Origin: Candidatus Uhrbacteria bacterium
GTDB lineage: Bacteria; Patescibacteriota; Patescibacteriia; JACPHY01
Direction: 5' to 3'
NCBI GenBank assembly: GCA_016188355.1
Contig: JACPHY010000016.1
Span: 2,345-66,344, forward strand
Length of the DNA stretch: 64,000 nucleotides
A program made the position numbers and the translations under genes. The notes beneath the pieces were generated by a model. The model was not told the origin of the DNA. It searched no databases and saw only the letters and a program-made list of their open reading frames with translations. The stretch's first letter is position 1; each line of letters begins with the position of its first letter. Positions 1 through 9,254 of the stretch are shown here, piece after piece.

Positions 1-735
1 TGTGGAGAGAATGAAGAACTCATCGCGACGGAGTATAACGTGCCCATTCTTGGGGCGGGGAATCGGCTCAAAGAAGTCGAGGGGATCGTGATCCGTCGAT
101 CGGAAATCAAGGACGGTGCCGCCATGAGGACGGCACTTGTATCCGACGATCGGTTGTTCGAGATCGACCGTGAGCGTGACGCCACCACGGTCATCAAGTT
201 CGACGTGCTCGCGGGCGATGTGGATGCCGTTCTCCGTGTGGAGGAGCGCATCGTACGCATAGAGCGCCTCGAGTTCCGTTCGGCTGAGCGTGCTCTCCGC
301 ATTGAAGAATCGGATTTGATTCAAGGCGTCGCCCGCCGAGAGCTTCACCGAGAATGAACGCGGAATCACGAGGAGCCAAAGACTGCCATGGTACCCACGG
401 GGGAGCGCATCAAAACGAGGCACGCCATCCGCGAGTACGCGCGCCTGGAGGTTCACGCGTCCGGTGGAAGATTTGTTATTCGTGCGCGCGTAGACGGTGG
501 GACGCAACGCGAGCGTCTCGCGCAAGCGGATGAGGTAGATGCCTTGGCACTCGAGCGGCTTGCCGAGATCCCAGGGGAAAAGTGATCCCTCCTGGAGGAG
601 GTCGCTGATGGATTCCCCGGCACGCGGGAGAAAGACCCCCTTCATTTTGTAGATTTCATCGGAGATGGTGAGATCGAGCGATGAGGGCTGCGTGCGCGCC
701 AAATCCCCGCCGACGATTTCTCCGTCCGCGATCAT
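1..735 (-). CDS. dCTP deaminase-like protein (dUTPase superfamily); N-terminal 245 codons, gene continues beyond window start
   Basis: Hand translation of the minus strand gives an unbroken frame from ATG at 735 to base 1 (edge-truncated, so absent from the ORF track). Segment ARTNNKSSTGRVNLQARV resembles the dCTP deaminase RSSLARLGL region. Plus-strand ORFs 40-357 and 388-585 are antisense to it. Confidence 0.45.
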   Translation of the reverse strand, partial: MIADGEIVGGDLARTQPSSLDLTISDEIYKMKGVFLPRAGESISDLLQEGSLFPWDLGKPLECQGIYLIRLRETLALRPTVYARTNNKSSTGRVNLQARVLADGVPRFDALPRGYHGSLWLLVIPRSFSVKLSAGDALNQIRFFNAESTLSRTELEALYAYDALLHTENGIHIAREHVELDDRGGVTLTVDLEQPIVGYKCRPHGGTVLDFRSTDHDPLDFFEPIPRPKNGHVILRRDEFFILST

Positions 736-835
736 GCGCTCGATGCACTGACTGGGAAATGCGCCGAGAGCCACAAGTCATTGTGGGCAAACCTTCCGGT
801 TTTCCCACAGACCCTTTCCCTCCAGCCGGTCAGCA

Positions 836-900
836 CACCGATTCGGTCGCTTGCTTCCGGGCGAGCGAGGGCCGGGCAAAGCCCTTCCCCCCTCGTTCGT
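836..900. repeat. Diverged short copy of the 99-bp repeat family at 33186-33376 (core ccgggcaaagccc hairpin with a different but still complementary outer stem)
   Basis: Shares gccgggcaaagcccttc and cgttcgtcctc with the long copies. Outer stem is gaggg/ccctc here versus gcaggag/ctcctgc there. Confidence 0.4.
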
Positions 901-945
901 CCTCAGCTTCGCTCTGATCAGTTTGGAGGAGTGTCTGTGGATGAA

Positions 946-1626
946 TTAGAGCTGCACTTTCACGCTCGGACCCATGGTGGTGGTGAGGAAGGCGGACTGG
1001 ATGTACGTACCCTTGGCGGATGGGGGTTTGGCACGGCGGATCGCGTCAAGGAATGTGGTGGCGTTCTCGAGAATTTTTTCCGCTCCCCATGATGCCTTTC
1101 CAATAATTTGATGGACATTCGAAGTGGCATCATTCTTGAAGGCGACGCGACCGCCTTTGAGTTCACGAATCGCCTCTGCGATTTTTGGGGTGACGGTGTC
1201 ATTTTTTGGTGAGGGCATGAGACCGCGCGGACCCAAGATTTTTGCGATGGTCGCCAGGTCCTTCATGAGGTCCGGTGTGGCCACCGCAACATCGAATTCG
1301 ATGTGTTCCGTGGTGCGAATCTGATCGATGAGCTCCTTTCCGCCCACGAGATCTGCTCCAGCGGCGCGTGCGTCTGCCTCACGATCGGCGGGCACGAATG
1401 CGACGACGCGCTTCGATTTCCCGGTGCCGTGGGGGAGCGAGACGGTGCCGCGGACCTGCTGCTCTCCCTTTTTGGGGTCGATGCCCAGGCGCACGTGTAC
1501 TTCTACGGATGCATCAAACCGTGCTGGGGAGGTCGTCACGACGAGTGCCGCGGCGTCTGCGAGTGCGTAGGATTTCTTGGAATCGACGAGTGCTGCGCGT
1601 TTCTGATATCGCTTACCGTGTGCCAT
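946..1626 (-). CDS. rplA: 50S ribosomal protein L1
   Basis: 226-aa ORF with full-length L1-like sequence (MAHGKRYQK...GPRGLMPSPK). Confidence 0.95.
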   Translation of the reverse strand: MAHGKRYQKRAALVDSKKSYALADAAALVVTTSPARFDASVEVHVRLGIDPKKGEQQVRGTVSLPHGTGKSKRVVAFVPADREADARAAGADLVGGKELIDQIRTTEHIEFDVAVATPDLMKDLATIAKILGPRGLMPSPKNDTVTPKIAEAIRELKGGRVAFKNDATSNVHQIIGKASWGAEKILENATTFLDAIRRAKPPSAKGTYIQSAFLTTTMGPSVKVQL

Positions 1627-1698
1627 ATGGGTATGTGGTGCGAGCGTGTCGGAACAGAAACGTTCCGGGCACTCCCACGCGAGAGAAAATGAGAAAAA

Positions 1699-1989
1699 TT
1701 ATTTCGTGTGCTGCTCCCTGCTGCACGATTTCCGGCAGCACCACGTTCTTCCGGGGAGGACGAGAAGCGGAATACCGAGGATGAGGAATGTGGCGGCGCT
1801 GATCCATTGGCGTGCCGCGTAGGGGCCACTCGAGCTTCCGCCGTAATATCGGGCTGCCTCCGGAGCGAACAGGGTGAGCAGCTGCGTGATGCCGGCGTAT
1901 GCCCCAATGAGGATAAGGATGATCCCGGTGATCCGGAGGAGATACTGGTACACGGATCGAATGATGTCCATTTTTTCCGAGTGCTCCAT
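1699..1989 (-). CDS. Small two-helix membrane protein of unknown function between rplK and rplA
   Basis: 96-aa ORF with two hydrophobic segments. GAGGAG Shine-Dalgarno 7 nt upstream of the ATG, overlapping the rplK stop. Confidence 0.55.
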   Translation of the reverse strand: MEHSEKMDIIRSVYQYLLRITGIILILIGAYAGITQLLTLFAPEAARYYGGSSSGPYAARQWISAATFLILGIPLLVLPGRTWCCRKSCSREQHTK

Positions 1990-1993
1990 AGGG

Positions 1994-2419
1994 CTACTCC
2001 TCGGTCGTCACGCCCATCTGCCGCGCCGTGCCGGCGATGATCTTCATGGCGCGTTCGACGTTGGTGGTGTTGAGGTCGGGGATTTTTTTCTCTGCTACCG
2101 CGCGGAGCTGCTCCTTGGTGAGCTTACCAACCTTCTCCTGCCTCGGTTTTCCGGATCCCTTAGGAATGCCTGCGGCTTTTTTGATGAGCTCCGATGCGGG
2201 TGGCGTCTTCAGGATGAACGTGAACGATCGGTCCTCGTAGACCGTGATGATCGTCGGAACGATTTCGTCCACGCGTCCGGCCGTCTTCGCGTTGAATTGA
2301 CTGCAGAATTCCTGAATGGGCACGCCATGCTGACCGAGCGCCGGACCAATCGGCGGTGCGGGATTCGCTTTTCCTGCAGGAATCTGGAGCTTAATGAGGA
2401 CTTTAATCTTTTTTGCCAT
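1994..2419 (-). CDS. rplK: 50S ribosomal protein L11
   Basis: 141-aa [35 protein letters not shown], canonical L11 N-terminus. Confidence 0.95.
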   Translation of the reverse strand: MAKKIKVLIKLQIPAGKANPAPPIGPALGQHGVPIQEFCSQFNAKTAGRVDEIVPTIITVYEDRSFTFILKTPPASELIKKAAGIPKGSGKPRQEKVGKLTKEQLRAVAEKKIPDLNTTNVERAMKIIAGTARQMGVTTEE

Positions 2420-2422
2420 ACA

Positions 2423-2968
2423 TCAAATTTTCTTCACTTGGAGGAAGTCGAGTTCCACGGGCGTTTCGCGGCCGAACATGGAGACGAGCACCTTCACCTT
2501 ACCGCGCGCATCATCCACCTCCGCGACCTTGCCCTCAAAGTCCTTGAACGGACCATCGGTGATCCGTACGGGCATGTCCGCCACCACGTCAATTTTATAC
2601 TTCGGCTCATCGACACCCATGCGTTTCATGAGTGCGTCAATTTCCTCCTGGGCAATCGGCGTCGGAGTCGTGCCGCTCCCAATGAACCCGGTGACGTTTG
2701 GTGTGTTGCGGACCACGTACCAGGAATCGTCCGTGACGGTCATTTCCACGAGCACGTATCCAGGGAAAATCTTTTCCTCGACGACGCGTCGTTTCCCGTT
2801 TTTAATTTTGATTTTCTTTTCTTTGGGAATGAGGATGTTGAAAATCTTGTCTTCCATCCCCATGGAGTCGATACGTTGCTGGAGATTGCGCGCCACGTTC
2901 TCCTCGTATCCGGAGTACGTGTGAATGGCATACCAGCGGCGACCAACGGTCGTGGCTTGGCGTGGCAT
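2423..2968 (-). CDS. nusG: Transcription termination/antitermination factor NusG
   Basis: ORF 2423-3007; likely start at internal Met (MPRQATTVGRRWYAIHTYSGYE), matching the NusG N-terminal RWY..SG.E motif, and a C-terminal KOW-like region. Confidence 0.9.
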   Translation of the reverse strand: MPRQATTVGRRWYAIHTYSGYEENVARNLQQRIDSMGMEDKIFNILIPKEKKIKIKNGKRRVVEEKIFPGYVLVEMTVTDDSWYVVRNTPNVTGFIGSGTTPTPIAQEEIDALMKRMGVDEPKYKIDVVADMPVRITDGPFKDFEGKVAEVDDARGKVKVLVSMFGRETPVELDFLQVKKI

Positions 2969-3007
2969 AGAGATGCGAACAAAAAGGACGGCGCGCCAAT
3001 GACGCAC

Positions 3008-3199
3008 TTACGCGCGCAGGCGCAAAAATTGTTCAAATCCAAGGGTGAAGAGGTAATCGATGCCACCAATGAAGATGGCGATGGCGGCGCTCACCCCAAA
3101 GACGAGGAGCGTGTGCTGGATGATCTGCTCCTTGCTCGGCCAGATCACCTTTTGGAGCTCTTGCCGTGCTTCGCGGACGTATGCAGTGAGCGTCGACAT
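3008..3199 (-). CDS. secE: Preprotein translocase subunit SecE
   Basis: 63-aa single-TM protein immediately upstream of nusG-rplK-rplA, the conserved synteny. Confidence 0.8.
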   Translation of the reverse strand: MSTLTAYVREARQELQKVIWPSKEQIIQHTLLVFGVSAAIAIFIGGIDYLFTLGFEQFLRLRA

Positions 3200-3249
3200 A
3201 AAATGCTGGGTTTGAAAACGCCCCGCGGTGCGGGGGTTCTCATGAAAAA

Positions 3250-3278
3250 AGTATCGCGTCCTTCCTGGGTACTGTCAA
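3250..3278 (-). promoter_or_regulatory. Putative sigma70-like promoter for secE-nusG-rplK-rplA (TTGACA-N17-GATACT on minus strand)
   Basis: Hexamers read directly; about 45 nt upstream of the secE ATG. The 5' UTR contains a ccccgc/gcgggg hairpin. Confidence 0.35.
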
Positions 3279-3302
3279 GTCTGTATTTTTCTCAGAATAC
3301 AG

Positions 3303-3337
3303 AAAAAATCCATCCCCAGGCCGTCGCCTGGGGATGG
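3303..3337 (-). terminator. Orphan intrinsic terminator on the minus strand (11-bp stem ccatccccagg/cctggggatgg followed by UUUUUU)
   Basis: Perfect 11-bp stem with 6-nt loop. U-tract is present only in the minus orientation. No annotated minus-strand gene lies upstream (3338-3627 is ORF-free). Confidence 0.4.
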
Positions 3338-3627
3338 AGGATTTGGTGTGTGTTGGTGGCTCTCGCGTGATCATCTTTCCGGAGCGAGCGCGTCGACAGC
3401 GCAGGCAATCCCAAGCGCTTGGGAGGGGTTCCGGTAAGAATATCCCGCAACTGAGCGAAAAGTAATTTGTATCCTGACTCGCCGCGTCATTGCGTGGCGG
3501 TCTCTACCTACAAGCATATCAGGCTACACGGTGTCCGTCGTCTGCATATCTGCGGATATGGAGTGGATTGTTTGTAGTTTGGCATTATTGGCAGGGTACG
3601 AAGCGTAGCTCTGGATTCCGGGAATTA

Positions 3628-3656
3628 TTGACAATAGAGATCTTTTCTGTTAGCGT
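3628..3656 (+). promoter_or_regulatory. Putative promoter TTGACA-N17-TAGCGT for the 3741 operon
   Basis: Consensus -35 with 17-nt spacer in an AT-richer intergenic stretch, about 85 nt upstream of the GTG start. Confidence 0.35.
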
Positions 3657-3740
3657 ACAGGAAACCGCACCAATGTGCGGATCGATCTTTCCCACACATC
3701 GGTTCGATTTTGACTTGGAAGCTGAGAAAGGAGCTGCCTC

Positions 3741-4481
3741 GTGGGTGAACAGGACACGTCAGAGCGATCGGGATCGAGGTCTGGCATCGGGAAGACGGTA
3801 CTGGGCTGGTTTGTGCAAACCGATCCGAGCGGCCCATCCGATCCGGCAGAAGTCGCGCCAACAGATTCGGGGCAAGCCGCAGATGCAATTCCGGCATCCC
3901 TCCGCAAGGACGTCCAGCCGACGGTGCCCGCGGGCGCTCCCGTGGAGTCTCCTCCCGTACCGTCGACCCCGCCGATCGATGTCGAGGTCAATCTCGATTC
4001 GATCTACGCGGAGCAGGGACTCGCCAGCAATCCTGATGCCGAGCGGATTCTCGGTGCAATCGAAGGCATGCAGGGCATCGATGCGTCCGCACGCCGTGCG
4101 GCAGTGGTCGCCATGGTGCGGGCATTCGCGGTGGATGCGTCGACGCTGCGTGCGACATTGATGGATCGGACATCTGCGCTGGATGCGACCATTACGGACT
4201 GCGAGCGGGTCGCAGAGAGCGGTCGCACGGAGCGTGCGCGCTCCCTCGCGGCGCTCACCGCGTCGACGCAACAGGAAATCGCGGCGCTCCAAGAGGAGAT
4301 TGCACAGAAGGAACGCACGCTCGAGGGGACGCGCACCATGATGCAGCGGACGGAAGCCGCAGAACAAGAGAAACTGGATGGGCTCCGGGCGAAGCTCGGG
4401 GCAGAGCGCGATCGATTGACCGCGCTCATGGAGTATCTCCCCATGACGGGGAGCAGCCCGAAGGAGGGACTGAAGCCATGA
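3741..4481 (+). CDS. Hypothetical coiled-coil protein (Pro/Ala-rich N-terminus)
   Basis: 246-aa ORF with GTG start preceded by AAGGAG. Stop overlaps the start of the next gene (ATGA). Confidence 0.5.
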   Translation: MGEQDTSERSGSRSGIGKTVLGWFVQTDPSGPSDPAEVAPTDSGQAADAIPASLRKDVQPTVPAGAPVESPPVPSTPPIDVEVNLDSIYAEQGLASNPDAERILGAIEGMQGIDASARRAAVVAMVRAFAVDASTLRATLMDRTSALDATITDCERVAESGRTERARSLAALTASTQQEIAALQEEIAQKERTLEGTRTMMQRTEAAEQEKLDGLRAKLGAERDRLTALMEYLPMTGSSPKEGLKP

Positions 4482-6313
4482 AGTTGAAGCCACAGGCGTG
4501 GGTCGCGATTGTTGTGATCGCGGGTGCGATCGGGTACTTCAGTATCAAGCAGTTCGCGCCAGATCTCTTCGCGAATCTCGCGGCGGCGGTCGCTCCGGCG
4601 AAACCGGTCGCGGAATCCACGGTGCCACCCGAGGCGAATCTGCCGGAGCTTCCGAAGGATGCGCCGCTCGCTGCGCCGACGCCGGTCGCGGCTGCGCCGA
4701 TGCCGGGTGAGGGTCCGGGGTGCGCGAATCTCGGGGAGGTGCGCGCGCACATCTGGGCCTGGAACGCACAGATGGGTTGGATGTTCGCGAACGGCGGAGT
4801 CCAGTCCACGGCCGGATCGCTCATGTGTCAGCGTGGAGTGAATCTCAAGCTGTTGCGACAGGATGACGTTCCGAAGATGCGCGAAGCGCTCATTGCGTTC
4901 GCGACGGATCTCCAGCGCGGCAATGCGAATCCCACCGCCGGCGTGCACTTCGTGGCCATCATGGGCGATGGCGTTGCGGGGTTCATTCAGCCGCTCAACG
5001 TCGAGCTCGCGAAATTCGGCATGCGCGCGCAGGTCATCGGCTCCGCAGGATGGTCCCGCGGCGAAGACAAGTTCATGGGACTCCCGGAGTGGCGAACGGA
5101 TCCCCAGAAAGCGCGCGGCGCGCTCGTTGCGGGATACGTGGGCGACGGCGACTGGAATATCGCCATCTTCTGGGCCTCTCGGAACGACATCTGCAACAAT
5201 CCCGACTGGACGACGTACGACCCCGAGTGCCTCAATTGGGTGAACGCGGAGAACTACGTCGACGCTGCCCAGAAGTACGTCATGAGCGCGGAGGGGTACT
5301 GCGAGGAGCGGCCGGTCGTTCGGAAGGGAAAGAAGACCGGCGACAAGCAGCGGGTGTGCGTGAATGGTGTGGTGACCTGGACGCCGGGCGACGTCACCGT
5401 CGCCGAGCGGAAGGGCGGTCTTGTCTCCGTGCTTTCGACGAAGGAGAACGCCTCGCAGATGCCGAACACGATTATCGGCGTCGATCGCTGGATGCAAGCG
5501 AATCGATCAACGGTCGAGAGCATGCTCGCGGCCATCTTCGCGGGAAGCGATCAGGTGAAGCAGGCGGACGGCAGGGCGCTCGCGCGAGCCGCGGCCATCA
5601 GTGCGACCGTGTACGGCGAGCAGGACGCGGCGTACTGGGAGAAGTACTTCTACGGTGTGAGTGTGCGCGATGCGAAGGGATTGTCCGTGGAACTCGGTGG
5701 TTCCGCAGTGAACAATCTCGCGGACAACCTGTACCTCTTCGGCATGAACGGGGGGACGAACCTCTTCGAGGCAACGTACCTCACGTTCGGGAACTTCCTC
5801 CAGCACTACCATCCGGACATGCTCCCGAGCGTGCCGCCGGTGCGGGAGATTCTCGATACGAGCTACCTCGCGGCGCTCGCGCAGCGGGAACAGCCGACGA
5901 CCAAAGCGGACACTCCGGTGTTCACGGGCATCCGCCCCGTCACGTCGGAGCAGCTGTCGAGCCAGCAGTGGCGGATCGAATTCGCTTCCGGCAGTGATGC
6001 GATTCTGCCATCGAGTCAGACGCAGCTCGAGCAGCTGCAACGTGAGCTCGCGATCGCCACGAAGACGATGGTCGACCTCGAAGGCCACACGGACACGACG
6101 GGAGATGTGAATGCGAATCAGGATCTCTCCCTGCGCCGTGCGCATGCGATACAGCGGTGGCTCCAGGAACGCGACGGAGTGAATTTCCCGGCAGCGCGAT
6201 TCCGGGTCACGGGCTTCGGAGAATCGCGGCCGATCAAGTTCCCGGAGACGACCGCGGCGGACAAGGCGGTGAATCGGCGCGTGGAGATCATCACGCACCG
6301 CACCGCGAGCTGA
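4478..6313 (+). CDS. ABC transporter substrate-binding protein (NMT1/SsuA-like) fused to a C-terminal OmpA-like peptidoglycan-binding domain; N-terminal TM anchor
   Basis: 611 aa. N-terminal hydrophobic helix, NMT1-like central region, and C-terminal LEGHTDTTGD...SLRRAHAIQRWL...NRRVEI, typical of OmpA_C. Followed by the permease and ATPase genes. Confidence 0.65.
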   Translation: MKLKPQAWVAIVVIAGAIGYFSIKQFAPDLFANLAAAVAPAKPVAESTVPPEANLPELPKDAPLAAPTPVAAAPMPGEGPGCANLGEVRAHIWAWNAQMGWMFANGGVQSTAGSLMCQRGVNLKLLRQDDVPKMREALIAFATDLQRGNANPTAGVHFVAIMGDGVAGFIQPLNVELAKFGMRAQVIGSAGWSRGEDKFMGLPEWRTDPQKARGALVAGYVGDGDWNIAIFWASRNDICNNPDWTTYDPECLNWVNAENYVDAAQKYVMSAEGYCEERPVVRKGKKTGDKQRVCVNGVVTWTPGDVTVAERKGGLVSVLSTKENASQMPNTIIGVDRWMQANRSTVESMLAAIFAGSDQVKQADGRALARAAAISATVYGEQDAAYWEKYFYGVSVRDAKGLSVELGGSAVNNLADNLYLFGMNGGTNLFEATYLTFGNFLQHYHPDMLPSVPPVREILDTSYLAALAQREQPTTKADTPVFTGIRPVTSEQLSSQQWRIEFASGSDAILPSSQTQLEQLQRELAIATKTMVDLEGHTDTTGDVNANQDLSLRRAHAIQRWLQERDGVNFPAARFRVTGFGESRPIKFPETTAADKAVNRRVEIITHRTAS

Positions 6314-6387
6314 TGGAGAGTTGGTGAACTGCGTGCCCGATCCCGATGCATCGGGGTCGGGCACATTCCTGAAGTGATCATGCGCTC

Positions 6388-7260
6388 ATGGTCCATTCAG
6401 GAATGCCCACGCAAGTGGCGCAGAGTCGTCGATCATTCTCAATGGATGAAAGGGAGGTGTGGACGATGCAGCTACTTCGTGCGGCGTTTTCGCCGAATCG
6501 CACGCTAAGTGCGCGGGTCATGTTCCTGTTCGCCATCGCATGGGCGGTGAGCGGTTGCTTGATTTGGATTGCGTCGCCGTTTGCAGTGCTCCCCGGTCCG
6601 GGAGCGGTGCTGCGTGCATTCGGATACCTCTGGATGCACCAGGGCATGAGCCGTGAGCTTTGGGCGAGTTTCAGTTTGAGCGTGCAGGCGGTAGCGATCG
6701 CGTTCGGGTGTTCGCTCCTCATCGCGTACGCGACGGTGCTTCCCATCTTTCGACCGTTTACGGCGGTCGTCTCGAAGCTGCGGTTTCTGGGGCTCATCGG
6801 CATCTCGTTCGTGTTCATGTTGATCGTGGGCGGCGGACGATGGCTCCAGGTGAGTCTGGTGGCATTCGGGATCACCGTGTTCCTTGGCACGTCACTGATC
6901 ACCATCGTGCAGAGCATTCCGAGTGATCGCTTCGATTACGCGCGGACGCTCCGGATGGGGGAGTGGCGAGTCGTATGGGAGGTGGTGGTCCGCGGAACGC
7001 GCGATCAGGCGCTGAGTGCGCTTCGGGAGAGTGCGGCAATTGGGTGGGTGATGATCACGATGGTCGAAGGGATTGTGCGTTCGGAGGGTGGCATCGGTGT
7101 GCTGCTCCTCAATGAGAACAAGTACAGCCACTTCGATCGCATTTTCGCGATTCAGATTTCGATTTTCCTGGTGGGGATCGCGCAGGACTACGGACTCGGA
7201 TTGCTTCGTCGCTGGCTTTGTCCATACGCGGATCTCACCACGGAAAGGAGAGGCGCATGA
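6388..7260 (+). CDS. ABC transporter permease (SsuC/TauC-like, nitrate/sulfonate/bicarbonate family)
   Basis: Multi-TM protein with EAA-like loop region. Start uncertain (internal Met candidates). Confidence 0.75.
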   Translation: MVHSGMPTQVAQSRRSFSMDEREVWTMQLLRAAFSPNRTLSARVMFLFAIAWAVSGCLIWIASPFAVLPGPGAVLRAFGYLWMHQGMSRELWASFSLSVQAVAIAFGCSLLIAYATVLPIFRPFTAVVSKLRFLGLIGISFVFMLIVGGGRWLQVSLVAFGITVFLGTSLITIVQSIPSDRFDYARTLRMGEWRVVWEVVVRGTRDQALSALRESAAIGWVMITMVEGIVRSEGGIGVLLLNENKYSHFDRIFAIQISIFLVGIAQDYGLGLLRRWLCPYADLTTERRGA

Positions 7261-8084
7261 TCGCGACCTATCATCCCGCCCCAGTGCTGCGGGTCGAGCA
7301 GGTGTCGTTGACGCTCGGAGGAAATGTGATTCTCCGGGACGTCTCCTGCATGATTCGCGATATCGTCGGGCGCGGGCAGGTGGTGGGACTTCTGGGGCCG
7401 TCGGGGATTGGGAAGACGCAGTTCTTTCGGATTCTCGCCGGACTCCAGCAACCGAATACGGGGCGCGTGCTCCTGAATGCGGCGGGCACCCCGGTGCGCG
7501 TGGGCGAGGTTGGCGTGGTCATGCAGCATTACCCGCTCTTTGCAGATCGGACCGTGCTCCAGAACTGCATGGATGCGGGTCGTCGCGCTGGCATGGATCG
7601 TGCGGCGGCAGCGACGCGCGCGACGGAGCTCCTCACGAAACTCGCGGTCGCGGATCGTGCGGAGTACTACCCCGCGCTGCTCTCCGGTGGACAGCGGCAA
7701 CGGGTGGCGATCGCGCAGCAGCTCATGTGCTCGCAGTACTTCCTGCTCATGGACGAGCCATTTTCTGGATTGGATCCGGAAGCGGTCGACACCGTATGCG
7801 AGCTCATCCATGACATCGCGGGCATGCATGAGCTGAATACGATCGTGGTGGTCACCCATGACATTCGTGCGGCCATGAAGGTTGCGGACGAGCTCTGGCT
7901 CATGGGACTCGATCGCGCCGCCGACGGGGCGTTTGTTCCTGGGGCACGCGTGCAAACCACGTACGATCTTGTGGCGCGAAACCTTGCGTGGGCACCCGAT
8001 GTGAGTCGGCGGCCGGAGTTCGACGCCCTGTACCATGAGGTGCGGGAGCGATTCCGCACGTTGAAACCAAAGCCCATCACGTGA
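7257..8084 (+). CDS. ABC transporter ATP-binding protein (SsuB/TauB-like)
   Basis: Walker A GPSGIGKT, signature LSGGQRQR, Walker B LLMDEP. ATGA overlap with the permease stop. Confidence 0.85.
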   Translation: MIATYHPAPVLRVEQVSLTLGGNVILRDVSCMIRDIVGRGQVVGLLGPSGIGKTQFFRILAGLQQPNTGRVLLNAAGTPVRVGEVGVVMQHYPLFADRTVLQNCMDAGRRAGMDRAAAATRATELLTKLAVADRAEYYPALLSGGQRQRVAIAQQLMCSQYFLLMDEPFSGLDPEAVDTVCELIHDIAGMHELNTIVVVTHDIRAAMKVADELWLMGLDRAADGAFVPGARVQTTYDLVARNLAWAPDVSRRPEFDALYHEVRERFRTLKPKPIT

Positions 8085-8099
8085 AGGAGGTGATGCATC

Positions 8100-9128
8100 A
8101 TGGCGGAACCATCCATCGCAAAGAAGACGGCGATGCGCGCTGCCTTCGCGAATGGAAATGTCGCTGCGGCGATTGCGGCGGGAGTGGCGAGTGTCGCGAC
8201 GGCGAATCCATTGCCGCTCATCCTCTACGGACTGGGATCGGGGTTGTGGGTGCTGCGGTGCACGCAATCACCGACCTATCGGCAACGAGTGTTGATGGAA
8301 GAACGCGTCGCGGCGGCGGCAGCAGCCGCGACGGCACGCAAGGCACATCGCGATCGTATCGCGGCGCAATGTACGGAAGAACCGCTCCGGACGTGGGTGG
8401 GAGGTGCGGATTTTCCGGAGTACCTCACTCGGTATGACGAGCTCGTGGAGGCGCATGATCGGATACTCGCGCTGTTGCGGGAGCGGCATACGGAAGCCGG
8501 AAGTACCGCGGATGATCTTGAGCAGCAGCTGGAAGATCTGCTCAATGCATACCTTCGGCTCGTCGATTCGCGTATCCTTATTGCGCGCGTGCTCACCGGG
8601 GCGTACCGTGCGAAAGCGCCACGGCCACGATCTCGTCGACCGGAGTTCGTTCCCCGTGAGCTCTGGCGAGTACTGGTGGACGAGGGAGAGGTAGATGATG
8701 CGCGAGATGAGTGCGTGGATGATACGGGTCGATCGCCGCGGCATCGTCGGCAACACGTCATCGATTTCGATCGACAGAAGCGGATCAATGAGCTCGATTG
8801 GCAGATTGCAGATCTCCGCGGGCAGATGGAGCAGCAGCCGCGACTTCGGGATGCGCTTGCGCCACTCCTCAAGCTTGCGGAGCAGCAGCGCGCGTCGATG
8901 GCGCAATGCTTGGATCGCGACGAGCGTATCGCGTTACAGCTCGAAACCTATCCACGTATGTTCGATCTCCTGTACACGCGATTGAGTCTCGCGCAGCCGA
9001 CTGCGGGGGATGTGCTGTACACGGAAATCACCGAGTTCGCAGATGGCGTGCAAGCGACGGAGCGTTCCGTCGCGGAAATCCAGCGGCTCGTCGGCGCGTT
9101 TGAGGCGCAGCATGGGCTTACCGCATAG
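8100..9128 (+). CDS. Hypothetical membrane-anchored coiled-coil protein
   Basis: 342-aa ORF with AAGGAGG RBS and an N-terminal hydrophobic helix; no family recognised. Confidence 0.5.
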   Translation: MAEPSIAKKTAMRAAFANGNVAAAIAAGVASVATANPLPLILYGLGSGLWVLRCTQSPTYRQRVLMEERVAAAAAAATARKAHRDRIAAQCTEEPLRTWVGGADFPEYLTRYDELVEAHDRILALLRERHTEAGSTADDLEQQLEDLLNAYLRLVDSRILIARVLTGAYRAKAPRPRSRRPEFVPRELWRVLVDEGEVDDARDECVDDTGRSPRHRRQHVIDFDRQKRINELDWQIADLRGQMEQQPRLRDALAPLLKLAEQQRASMAQCLDRDERIALQLETYPRMFDLLYTRLSLAQPTAGDVLYTEITEFADGVQATERSVAEIQRLVGAFEAQHGLTA

Positions 9129-9142
9129 GTGGTCGGAATATC

Positions 9143-9176
9143 AAGTCCCCAGGTCGCAAGTGCGATCTGGGGACTT
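9143..9176. terminator. Bidirectional hairpin between convergent genes (aagtccccag...ctggggactt)
   Basis: 10-bp perfect stem, 14-nt loop, T-rich flank on the plus side. Confidence 0.45.
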
Positions 9177-9254
9177 TCTTGTCTGCTTCCGTCTCCCATG
9201 GGAGATCCTTCGTCGGCGGCCTCCTCAGGATGACGAAGCAGGGGTGATGATGGA

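Noticed and set aside
40-585. Plus-strand ORFs 40-357 and 388-585
   Set aside because: They lie antisense to a continuous 245-codon minus-strand frame with dCTP-deaminase-like motifs that runs off the window edge.
1874-3370. 498-aa plus-strand ORF spanning rplK, nusG and secE
   Set aside because: Antisense to three well-supported conserved genes; composition (Arg/His/Leu-rich, no motifs) is typical of high-GC antisense frames.
3357-3400. SRP (4.5S) RNA-like CCGGAAAGATGATCACGCG string on the minus strand
   Set aside because: The bases flanking the GGAA tetraloop cannot pair as in SRP domain IV and the GGAAG-AAGCAGC motif is missing.
3338-3627. tRNA-Trp upstream of secE
   Set aside because: Searched both strands by eye for GTTCRANYC T-loop and acceptor/CCA patterns; none found. 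Cannot exclude without tRNAscan.
4004-5497. 497-aa minus-strand ORF
   Set aside because: Antisense to the substrate-binding-protein gene; Arg/Ser-rich low-complexity translation.
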